Positions 52,606 through 61,085 of a DNA stretch of 64,000 nt are shown here, one piece after another. This DNA is from an uncultured Verrucomicrobiota bacterium (GTDB lineage: Bacteria; Verrucomicrobiota; Verrucomicrobiia; Limisphaerales; CAIMTB01): the NCBI GenBank assembly GCA_964608505.1, contig CAZSOV010000001.1:32630-96629 (forward strand), written 5' to 3'. The translations under genes were made by a program, and so were the position numbers. Every line of letters starts with the position of its first letter. Position 1 is the first letter of the stretch. The notes under the pieces were generated by a model, which saw only the letters and a list, made by a program, of their open reading frames with translations, made no database searches and was not told the origin of the DNA.

Positions 52606-54585
52606 ATGACGCCCGCCCCATCCATTCATCCGCCGGAGACGCCCGGGCAGCGCGACCCCCGATCCGGCCTCCCCGCGCCGCCGGCCGGGATGCCGACGCC
52701 GATCCTCCCCGCGCCCCGCGGGCAGGGGCGGTTCTGGGACCGTCTCTGGCAACGCCGGACCACCCTGATCGCGGTGTTCGCCGCCACGGCCATCGTGCTC
52801 CACCTCGGACTCCGCTTCGGCGTGGGCGTGACCCCGCGCACGGCCGCCGTGCCGCTCCTGGCGACGCTGGTTCTCGGAGGTCTTCCCCTGCTTGTCCAGT
52901 TGCTCCGCAAACTCTGGAAGGGCGAGTTCGGCTCCGACCTCCTGGGCGGCATCTCCATCGTCGCCTCGGCATTTCTCGGCGAATACCTGGCGGGCTCGAT
53001 CATCGTGCTGATGCTCGCCGGGGGCGAGGCGCTCGAGAGCCGCGCCCTGCGCAGCGCGTCCTCCATCCTCGCCGCCCTGGCCAGGCGCGTCCCCTCCGTC
53101 GCCCATCGCCGGCAGGGGACCGGGATCGCCGATGTGGCCCTCGACCAGGTCCTCGTGGACGACGTGCTCGTGCTCTATCCGCACGAAACCTGCCCGGTGG
53201 ACGGGATCGTGCTCGAGGGCCACGGCGTGATGGACGAGTCCTATCTGACCGGCGAGCCCTTCCGCATCAACAAGACCTCCGGCTCGACGGTGATCTCCGG
53301 TGCCATCAACGGGGAATCGGCCCTGACCATCCGCACCCGCCGGCGGGCAGTCGATTCCCGCTACGCGAAGATCATGGAGGTGATGCGGGAGTCGGAGGCG
53401 ACCCGGCCCGGCCTGAGACGGCTGGGGGACCGCCTCGGAGCGGTCTACACCCCGGTCGCCCTGACGGTCGCCCTCGTCGCCTGGGGGTTCAGCGGCGATC
53501 CGATCCGGTTCCTCGCGGTGCTCGTGATCGCCACGCCCTGCCCGCTGCTCCTCGCCATCCCCATCGCCATCATCGGCTCGATCTCCCTGTGTGCCCGGAG
53601 ATCCATCATCGTGAAGAGTCCCGTCGTGCTCGAACGAATCGCCGGGTGTCGCACGGCCATCTTCGACAAAACAGGAACGCTCACCTACGGCGCTCCGCAG
53701 GTCACGGAGCAGGTCGCCGCGCCGGAGTTCGTGCCCGCCGAGGTGCTGACCCTGGCCGCCAGCCTCGAACGGTATTCCAAGCATCCGCTGGCCCGCGCCA
53801 TCCTCGACGCCGCCACGAAGGCCGGTGCCGTCCTCCGCGAGGCCACGGACGTCGGCGAGGCGCCCGGACAGGGGCTGCGCGGCACCGTTTCCGGACGGAC
53901 GGTGCAGATCACCAGCCGTCAACAGCTCGCTACCCTGCCCTCCGAAGGCGGCTCGCAGCCTCCCCCCGCGCAGGAGGGCCTCGAATGCGTGGTGGCCATC
54001 GACGGGCGCTACGCCGGGATCTTTCGCTTCCGGGACGCGCCCCGGGCCGAAAGCCGTTCCTTCGTCGCCCATCTCGGCCCCAAGCACCAGTTCCAGCGCG
54101 TCATGATCGTCTCCGGCGACCGCGAATCCGAGGTGCGCTACCTTGCCGCGGCCGTCGGCATCACCGAAATCCACGCCGGCGCCAGTCCCGAGGAGAAACT
54201 CGCCATCGTCCGCCGCGAGGTCGCCGCGGCGAACACGCTCTACGTCGGGGACGGCATCAACGACGCCCCAGCCATGCTGGCCGCCACCGTGGGCATGGCC
54301 ATCGGCCAGAACAGCGACGTCACCACCGAGGCCGCCGGAGTCGTGATCATGGACAACTCGCTCCGGCGGGTCGACGAGTTCATGCACATCAGCCGGCGAA
54401 TGCGGCGCATCGCGCTGCAAAGCGCCGTCGGCGGCATGGGCCTGAGCCTGATCGGCATGATCGTCGCCGCCACCGGTCACCTCTCTCCCGTCACCGGGGC
54501 GGTCAGCCAGGAGGTCATCGACGTCCTGGCCGTCCTGAACGCGCTGCGCGCGGCCGTGCCGCCCAAAATCCTCTCCGATCTCTGA
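52606..54585 (+). CDS. heavy-metal P1B-type ATPase with TPCP membrane motif, no N-terminal metal-binding domain
   Basis: ORF 52435..54585 trimmed to the ATG at 52606. Motifs: [19 protein letters not shown] (53533-53544), [26 protein letters not shown]. Confidence 0.85.
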   Translation: MTPAPSIHPPETPGQRDPRSGLPAPPAGMPTPILPAPRGQGRFWDRLWQRRTTLIAVFAATAIVLHLGLRFGVGVTPRTAAVPLLATLVLGGLPLLVQLLRKLWKGEFGSDLLGGISIVASAFLGEYLAGSIIVLMLAGGEALESRALRSASSILAALARRVPSVAHRRQGTGIADVALDQVLVDDVLVLYPHETCPVDGIVLEGHGVMDESYLTGEPFRINKTSGSTVISGAINGESALTIRTRRRAVDSRYAKIMEVMRESEATRPGLRRLGDRLGAVYTPVALTVALVAWGFSGDPIRFLAVLVIATPCPLLLAIPIAIIGSISLCARRSIIVKSPVVLERIAGCRTAIFDKTGTLTYGAPQVTEQVAAPEFVPAEVLTLAASLERYSKHPLARAILDAATKAGAVLREATDVGEAPGQGLRGTVSGRTVQITSRQQLATLPSEGGSQPPPAQEGLECVVAIDGRYAGIFRFRDAPRAESRSFVAHLGPKHQFQRVMIVSGDRESEVRYLAAAVGITEIHAGASPEEKLAIVRREVAAANTLYVGDGINDAPAMLAATVGMAIGQNSDVTTEAAGVVIMDNSLRRVDEFMHISRRMRRIALQSAVGGMGLSLIGMIVAATGHLSPVTGAVSQEVIDVLAVLNALRAAVPPKILSDL

Positions 54586-54617
54586 CTCACGACCACGCCC
54601 CCCCGGGAAGCACCTCC

Positions 54618-55811
54618 ATGAAGAATCCCCTGCACCTCGCTGCGGCCCGCGGCCAATCCATCTGGCTCGATGCTCTCGACCATCGCCTCGTCAGCGGGGG
54701 CGAACTCCAACGCCTGATCGGGGCGGATGGCCTGTCCGGCCTGACCTCGAATCCGTCCATCCTCGAACAGGCCATCGCCAGGACGGACGAGTACCGGGAT
54801 CTGCTCGAAGCCCCGGAATCCCGGGGCCTCGATGCCAAGGCCATGTACGAACGCCTCGCGGCACGCGACCTGCGCGACGCCGCGGACATCCTGCGGCCGG
54901 TGTTCCACGACACGCAGCGCCGGGATGGCTATGTCAGCTGGGAGGTCTCCCCGCACCTCGCCCACGACACCGAGGGCACCCTGGCGGAGGCGCGGCGCCT
55001 GTGGGCCATGGTGGATCGCGAAAACCTCATGATCAAGGTGCCCGCCACCCGCGAGGGCATTCCGGCCCTGCGTCAACTCGTCGGCGAGGGCCTCAACGTC
55101 AACGTCACCCTCCTCTTCGCCGCCGACGTCTACGAACAGGCGGCCTCTGCCTACCTGGACGGGCTCGACGACCTGCTCCGCCAGGGCGGCGATCCCACCC
55201 GCGTCGCCAGCGTCGCCAGCTTCTTCGTCAGCCGCATCGACACGGCCGTGGATCAGTGCATCGGCAGGCGGATCGAAGCTTCCCGCGACCCGGAGGAGCA
55301 GGCCGGGCTCCGCTCCCTCCTCGGCAGGGTGGCCTGCGCCAGCGCTCGGATCGCGTACCAGCGGTATCTTGCCCTGGTCCGCGGCCAACGCTGGCAGGAC
55401 CTGAGCCGGCTCGGCGCCCGGAGCCAGCGGCTCCTGTGGGCCAGCACCGCCAACCGCAACCCGGATCGTCCCGACGCCCGCTACGTCGAGGAACTCATCG
55501 GCCCCGACACCGTCACCACCCTCCCCCCCGGCACCCTCGACGCCTTCCGCGACCATGGCCGGGTCCGGGATTCGCTGACCGAGGATCCCGCCGAGGCCAC
55601 CCGCGTCATGCAGCTGGTCCTCGACGCCGGCATCCCCCTCCAGGACATCACCGACCAGCTCCTGACCGACGGTCTCCGGCAGTTCGCCGCCGCCTTCGAC
55701 CGGCTCCTGCGGGGAACCCGACGCGACGTACGGGTGCCGGCGGGCGATCCCATCGAGCACCTTCGCATCCGGCTCTTCAAGGAACTGTACACCGGCCGAT
55801 GGTCGCCCTGA
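54618..55811 (+). CDS. tal: transaldolase
   Basis: The last 397 aa of ORF 52590..55811, from the ATG at 54618: MKNPLHLAAARGQSIWLDAL..LTSNPSILEQA..GYVSWEVSP..LMIKVPAT.EG..NVNVTLLF..SFFVSRID. Confidence 0.9.
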   Translation: MKNPLHLAAARGQSIWLDALDHRLVSGGELQRLIGADGLSGLTSNPSILEQAIARTDEYRDLLEAPESRGLDAKAMYERLAARDLRDAADILRPVFHDTQRRDGYVSWEVSPHLAHDTEGTLAEARRLWAMVDRENLMIKVPATREGIPALRQLVGEGLNVNVTLLFAADVYEQAASAYLDGLDDLLRQGGDPTRVASVASFFVSRIDTAVDQCIGRRIEASRDPEEQAGLRSLLGRVACASARIAYQRYLALVRGQRWQDLSRLGARSQRLLWASTANRNPDRPDARYVEELIGPDTVTTLPPGTLDAFRDHGRVRDSLTEDPAEATRVMQLVLDAGIPLQDITDQLLTDGLRQFAAAFDRLLRGTRRDVRVPAGDPIEHLRIRLFKELYTGRWSP

Positions 55812-55957
55812 TGCCGCCACCCCCCGCGCCGGGTAGGGTTTCACCCCATGGCGCCCGGGGGCCGTTCCCGGCCTAGGCTCCTCCGCGGACCCGTGTCCGC
55901 ACCCGCCCGCTCCACCGGCGCCTGGCACCGAAGTCGTATCGTATCGAGGAACATGGG

Positions 55958-56977
55958 ATGTCCGTTCCCTTCAAAAACTACTACCAGACTCTCGGGGTCT
56001 CCCCCGATGCGACGGGCGAGGAGATCCGGAAGGGCTTTCGCAATCTCGCTCGCAAATACCATCCCGACGTCGCCAAGGACAAGGCCACCGCGGAGGAGCG
56101 ATTCAAGGAACTCAACGAGGCCCACGAGGTCCTGAGCGATCCCGAGAGCCGCCGGAAGTACGACCACTTGCGGGCCGTCGGGCCGAACGCCGCGGGCAAC
56201 CCTCCCGGCTCGCCCGACGGAGACACTGCCGCCGGACCGGGTCCCGGCGAACCGGACGGGGCGTTCGAATTCCATTTCCAGGGCACGGGCTTCAGCGACT
56301 TCTTCGAGCGCTATTTCGGCGGACGCGCCGCCGCGGCTCGCGACGCCTCGCCGTCCCGACCGGACGCGGCGTGGGCCGACGGCGGTCCGGGCGATCCCGA
56401 GGACCGCGCTCCTGACCGCCCGCTGCGCGGGAACGATATCGAGGGCGACATCCTCATCACCCTCGACGAGGTGTTGCACGGGGCCGTGCGCGAGATCGTG
56501 GTTCGACGCGTCGATCCCCGCACGCGTCAGGATGAAACCGCCACCTCCGTCGTCCGGATTCCCGCGGGGGTGCGGGCCGGCCAGTCCGTTCGGGTGTCGG
56601 GCAGGGGCGGCGAAGGCTCCGGCGGTGGCCGTGCCGGCGATATCTACCTGCGGGTCCGCTACGCGGAACATCCCGACTGGAAGGTTCACCGCGCGGATCT
56701 CCTGGGCGAACTCAAGCTCGCCCCCTGGGAGGCCGTCCTTGGGGCGACCGTTCCGGTTCGCACGCTCGACGCCACCCTGTTCGTCAAGGTCCCGCCCGGC
56801 ACCCGGCAGGGGAATCGGCTGCGCATCCGTGGCCGGGGTCTGCCCGCCGGCGCCGGCGGGCGAGGCGACGTCACCGTCGAGGTTTCCATCCAGGTGCCGG
56901 CCCGGGTCGGGCCGGAGGACACGCTCCTGTGGCAACAGTTGGCCGCGCGATCCACCTTCGATCCACGCCAGGCTTGA
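55958..56977 (+). CDS. J-domain co-chaperone, CbpA/DnaJ-like without zinc finger
   Basis: 339 aa. J-domain: NYYQTLGVSPDATGEEIRKGFRNLARKYHPDVAKD..EERFKELNEAHEVLSDPESRRKYD. The DnaJ C-terminal domains follow (..GNDIEGDILITLDEVLHGA..). Confidence 0.9.
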   Translation: MSVPFKNYYQTLGVSPDATGEEIRKGFRNLARKYHPDVAKDKATAEERFKELNEAHEVLSDPESRRKYDHLRAVGPNAAGNPPGSPDGDTAAGPGPGEPDGAFEFHFQGTGFSDFFERYFGGRAAAARDASPSRPDAAWADGGPGDPEDRAPDRPLRGNDIEGDILITLDEVLHGAVREIVVRRVDPRTRQDETATSVVRIPAGVRAGQSVRVSGRGGEGSGGGRAGDIYLRVRYAEHPDWKVHRADLLGELKLAPWEAVLGATVPVRTLDATLFVKVPPGTRQGNRLRIRGRGLPAGAGGRGDVTVEVSIQVPARVGPEDTLLWQQLAARSTFDPRQA

Positions 56978-57124
56978 GGCCCGGGCCTGGCCTCCCCGGA
57001 GGTGGCCGCGGGTGCTCTCCGAGGCGCGGAGCGGATGCCGCCCCTCGCCTCGTGGTCCCACCCGGCGGCTCGCGCGGCACCCGGAGATGGGCCCTCCCCT
57101 CCGGCCTGTCGAACGCGGAGGCCA

Positions 57125-57149
57125 GTATCAATAAGTGGGACTGACCCCT
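57125..57149 (+). repeat. solo copy of the 25-mer repeat seen at 38853-38877
   Basis: gtatcaataagtgggactgacccct versus gtataaataagtgggactgacccct, with 1 mismatch in 25. Confidence 0.85.
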
Positions 57150-57248
57150 CACCTCGCGCGCGTCAGGCGCGGACCTTGGGACCGCCGACGGGCGCTGCCT
57201 CGAGCCGATTCCACGCGTCGCGGGTGGCCGGACGGGCCTTGTCCCACT

Positions 57249-57860
57249 TCAGGGACGACGTTCCCTTCGACTTCTCGTAGGCGCGTTGCAGGTCGGACTC
57301 GGCTTCGTCGAAGGTCTTTCCGGGATACTGGCTGCGACCTTCGTAACCGGTCCGATACGCTGGGCCTTGCCGGGTTCGCCCAACGCCTCCCGATTGCTGC
57401 TGGAGCGGGCCAGCTGCGTGAGCGCCTCGTCCGCGGCCTTCTCCTCGCCGAGAATGTCGCCCAACAGAACCGCGGCCTTCCGGTTCCCCAGGAGTTCCGC
57501 CCAGGCGTGGAGACATCCGTACGAGGCCACCTCGTAGAGCTCGACCTTCTGCGCGGCGGAAATCAAAGCCGCGTCGATGGCCGGAGAATTCTTGAAGGCC
57601 GCCGCGATCTCGTCGCCCTCCTCCAGGAGGCCGATGGTGGCCTTGCAGGCCTTGCCTTTGGGCTTCTGCTCGAAGCAGCGAAAGACCTGGTCGAGTTTTG
57701 CCAGGTGTCCTGCGGTTTCCCTTCCGTGCGATTGGAGCGCGCCTCGAAGCTCGGCACCGGCGGCTGCCTTGGCCATCTTCGGCAGCGCCTTCAGAATCCG
57801 GCGCTCCGCGTCGTACATGTCCGCGAGTTCGTTCAGGAACAGGGTCTCTAGGGTTTTCAT
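57249..57860 (-). CDS. DUF892 / YciE-YciF-type ferritin-like stress protein (3' end possibly frameshifted)
   Basis: 203-aa ORF: MKTLETLFLNELADMYDAERRILKALPKMAKAA..HLAKLDQVF..EVASYGCLHAWAELLG... The last ~40 aa are low-complexity, while an alternative frame carries a cleaner C-terminal sequence (see findings). Confidence 0.8.
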   Translation of the reverse strand: MKTLETLFLNELADMYDAERRILKALPKMAKAAAGAELRGALQSHGRETAGHLAKLDQVFRCFEQKPKGKACKATIGLLEEGDEIAAAFKNSPAIDAALISAAQKVELYEVASYGCLHAWAELLGNRKAAVLLGDILGEEKAADEALTQLARSSSNREALGEPGKAQRIGPVTKVAASIPERPSTKPSPTCNAPTRSRRERRP

Positions 57861-58215
57861 GGCTGATTGGGAGTGAGTCTCTGGTTGGCGGCCCCGGCGA
57901 GGAGACCGCCTTGGATGAGGCTCGAAGGTGCGTGAGATGCCTCCGGAGCGTAATGGGGTGTAACCCTACTCCGACCATGGCCAGGGCCAGGGCCGGCACG
58001 TCGTCTCGAGCGTCACGGATCACGAGCGGGGTCGAGGGGCGGCCCGCCTGCCCGCAAGGATGCGCCGCGGCCAGGACCCGATCCGCACCATCCTTCGCGG
58101 CGGATGGGATCGCTGGCCCCAGTTATCCCCCTGCCCTCGGGACCGGGCCCCGGAGTCGCGCATTGAAAATCGCGAGGCAACGGACAGATTGGCGGTCGCC
58201 CCGGCGTATTGCCGC

Positions 58216-59616
58216 ATGAACCTCGTCAACACCGTCACCACGGGTCTGAAGGAGATCCTGGCCCACAAGGCCCGGTCGATCCTGACCATGTTCGGCATCA
58301 TCCTGGGCGTTTCGAGCCTGGTCGCGATGTCGGCGCTGGTCCGGGGGATGGAGAACGGGATGAAGGAGGCGCTGGTGGCGATGGGCGGGCTCGAGAAGAT
58401 CCGGCTCGAACAACAGACCGAACTGCCGGTGTGGCAGCGGCATCTGGCCGACCAGGCGCAGGGCCTCACCCTGAACGACGTGCAGGCGCTGCGGGCGGGG
58501 GCGCCGCTGGTCGGCGACATCGTCCCCGCCTACGAGGTCACGCGCTGGGGCGGCACCTCGGCACTGCTGGGGCACCGCGGTCGCAACACCCGCGCCAGCA
58601 TCTTCGCGGGCACCTGGCCCAACTACCTCGACGTCAACGAGCACGTGATCGAGCACGGACGCATGTTCACGGATCTCGACAACGAGCTGGCCCGCCCCGT
58701 CTGCGTGATCGGCACCGGCATCCGCGACGAGCTGTTCGGCAGTCCGGAGGAATCCGGGCGCGAGATCATTCCCGTCGGCGAGCGGATCACGATCAACGGA
58801 CAGGCGTTCACCGTCGTGGGCCTGCTCCAGCACTACGAGAGCGAGCTGGCGCGGCGCGAACGCGAGTACCGGAAGCAGCAGCAGCAGCAGCAGGGTGCCA
58901 CCAACTCCCCGGGGACGGGCCCCACGCGCAGCCGCGGTTGGGGCGGGCGCGGCGGGGGGGGCGGGTTCATCTTCCGGCTCAAGAACTACACCGTGATGAT
59001 CCCGTTGCAGACGATGTTCATCAAATTCCGGAGCGGCGTCGGAACCAACGAGGTGCCCGATTTCCGGCTCACCACCGTCCATTTCAGAATCCCCTCGGTC
59101 GAGAAGCTCGAGCCGGCCCTCCAGCAGGCCCGGAACGTGCTGATGTTCACGCACCGGGGCATCGAGGATTTCACCTTCCGGACCCAGGAGGACTGGGCCT
59201 CGGAGATCAACAACTTCATCCGCAACGCCCGCATGAGCGGGACCATCATCGCGGCCATCAGCCTCGTCGTGGGCGGGATCGGCATCATGAACATCATGCT
59301 GGCCTCCATCTCCGAGCGCGTCCGGGAAATCGGCATCCGAAAGGCCGTCGGCGCCTCGACCGGCGCCATCTTCACCCAGATCCTGATCGAGTCGGTGGTG
59401 CTTTCCGTGGTCGGGGGGGTGGCAGGCCTCGGATTCTCCTGGCTGGTGGTCCAGTTGATCGGTTCGTTCACCCCGACCGACAACGCGCCGGAAATCACCG
59501 CCGCCTCCCTCGCGCTGGCCTTCGCGTTCAGCGTGCTCGTCGGCGTCGTGGCCGGGCTTTACCCGGCCATCCGCGCCTCCCGGTTCCATCCGATCCAGGC
59601 GCTGCGCTACGAATAG
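58216..59616 (+). CDS. ABC-transporter permease, MacB/FtsX family
   Basis: ORF 58060..59616 trimmed to the ATG at 58216: MNLVNTVTTGLKEILAHKARSILTMFGIILGVSSLVAM... The C-terminal FtsX region contains GGIGIMNIMLASISERVREIGIRKAVGA. Confidence 0.9.
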   Translation: MNLVNTVTTGLKEILAHKARSILTMFGIILGVSSLVAMSALVRGMENGMKEALVAMGGLEKIRLEQQTELPVWQRHLADQAQGLTLNDVQALRAGAPLVGDIVPAYEVTRWGGTSALLGHRGRNTRASIFAGTWPNYLDVNEHVIEHGRMFTDLDNELARPVCVIGTGIRDELFGSPEESGREIIPVGERITINGQAFTVVGLLQHYESELARREREYRKQQQQQQGATNSPGTGPTRSRGWGGRGGGGGFIFRLKNYTVMIPLQTMFIKFRSGVGTNEVPDFRLTTVHFRIPSVEKLEPALQQARNVLMFTHRGIEDFTFRTQEDWASEINNFIRNARMSGTIIAAISLVVGGIGIMNIMLASISERVREIGIRKAVGASTGAIFTQILIESVVLSVVGGVAGLGFSWLVVQLIGSFTPTDNAPEITAASLALAFAFSVLVGVVAGLYPAIRASRFHPIQALRYE

Positions 59617-59635
59617 CCTGGCACCCCATCCCCCC

Positions 59636-61006
59636 GTGACCGTCTACATCGCGCTGCTCATCGGATTGAAGGAGGTCTGGACCCACAAGTTCCGGTCCGC
59701 GCTGACCATGCTCGGCATCGTCCTGGGCGTCTCGAGTCTCGTTGCCATGGCGGCCATCGTGAAGGGCATGGAAAACGGGATGAAGGAAGCCATGATCGCC
59801 ATGGGCGGACTCAACAAGGTCCTGATCCGGGAACAGGAGGTGCCCGCCGAACAGGAGCACCTGCGCGATCTGGCCCCGGGCCGCACCCTGCGCGACGTGC
59901 TCGCGCTCCGCAGTTCCGCCCCCCTCCTCACCGTCGTCTCCCCCGAGATGTCCATCTACGGCACCCTCGTCTCCCGCAAGGGCAAGGACCATTACCCCTC
60001 CGAAATCGTCGGCGCCTGGCCGTCCGTCCTCGACATGAACCTGTACGAGGTCGAGCACGGGCGGTTCGTCTCCGATCTCGACGAGGAATACGCGAACAGC
60101 GTGTGCGTGATCGGGACCGGGATCCGGGACGAGCTCTTCGGCACGCCGAAGGACACGGGGCGCGAGATCATTCCCCTGGGCGAGCAAATCCTCATCGGCA
60201 GCCAGCCGTTCACCATCGTGGGGATGATGCGCCACTACGAGAGCGAGCAGACCGCCCGCCAGCGCGAGGCGGCGAAGCAGGCGGGGGCGGGCGCGAACCA
60301 GAACTCCAACCCGGGCGGCGTCACCCGCCAGCGCGGCTTCCGCAGCAAGCATTGGGACGCGTTCTGGCGGAAGAACAACGTCGTCTACATCCCCCTCAAC
60401 ACCGCCTGGGTCAAGTTCCGGGCCTCCTCCGGCCGCGGCGGCGTGCCGGAGCCGAGGCTCTCCGACATCGACGTGAAGGTGAAGGACCTGGAACACCTCG
60501 AAGCCGCGCTGCAACAGGCCCGGAACGTGATGCTCATGACCCACAACGGGATCGAGGATTTCACCTTCGAAACGCAGGAGAACCGCCTGGAAGACATCAA
60601 TCTCCGGATCAAGAACGCCCGGATCAGCGGCGGAATCATCGCCGGCCTCAGCCTGCTCGTCGGCGGGATCGGCATCATGAACATCATGCTCGCCAGCATC
60701 ACCGAGCGGATCCGCGAGATCGGCACCTGCAAGGCCATCGGCGCCTCCCCCGCCGCCATCTTCCTCCAGGTGCTCGTCGAGGGCGTGGTGCTCGCCGGCC
60801 TCGGCGGCCTGCTCGGCGTCGCGGCGTCGTTCGGTCTGGTCCAGCTCATCGACCACCTCTCCCCCGGCGCCAATGCCCCGGTGATCACCTTCCTGCCGGT
60901 CGCCGCGGCCGTGGTCTTCAGCCTCACCGTCGGCGTCGTCGCCAGCTTCATCCCCGCCTTCAAGGCCGCCCGTCTCGCGCCCATCCAGGCGCTCCGCTAC
61001 GGCTAG
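59636..61006 (+). CDS. ABC-transporter permease, MacB/FtsX family (paralog)
   Basis: 456 aa, GTG start at 59636. Sequence ..LKEVWTHKFRSALTMLGIVLGVSSLVAM..GGIGIMNIMLASITERIREIGTCKAIGA.. is clearly paralogous to the upstream gene. Confidence 0.9.
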   Translation: MTVYIALLIGLKEVWTHKFRSALTMLGIVLGVSSLVAMAAIVKGMENGMKEAMIAMGGLNKVLIREQEVPAEQEHLRDLAPGRTLRDVLALRSSAPLLTVVSPEMSIYGTLVSRKGKDHYPSEIVGAWPSVLDMNLYEVEHGRFVSDLDEEYANSVCVIGTGIRDELFGTPKDTGREIIPLGEQILIGSQPFTIVGMMRHYESEQTARQREAAKQAGAGANQNSNPGGVTRQRGFRSKHWDAFWRKNNVVYIPLNTAWVKFRASSGRGGVPEPRLSDIDVKVKDLEHLEAALQQARNVMLMTHNGIEDFTFETQENRLEDINLRIKNARISGGIIAGLSLLVGGIGIMNIMLASITERIREIGTCKAIGASPAAIFLQVLVEGVVLAGLGGLLGVAASFGLVQLIDHLSPGANAPVITFLPVAAAVVFSLTVGVVASFIPAFKAARLAPIQALRYG

Positions 61007-61085
61007 TCAGGTTCGAAGCTCCAAGGTTCCAAGTTCAAAGCTCCAAACTCAGGGCTCGGATCGAGGCTCCGGGAGCCGGGTTCGG

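Noticed and set aside
38853-57149. Direct 25-bp repeats (38853-38877 and 57125-57149) considered as att sites of an 18-kb genomic island
   Set aside because: The enclosed genes are housekeeping-type (dnaK, transaldolase, ion pumps). There is no integrase, tRNA or compositional break, and the left site also has inverted and tandem copies. A dispersed repeat family fits better.
58876-58893. (CAG)6 microsatellite
   Set aside because: It is in-frame within the permease periplasmic domain (QQQQQQ) and short, with no evidence of a regulatory role. It is noted only under the permease finding.
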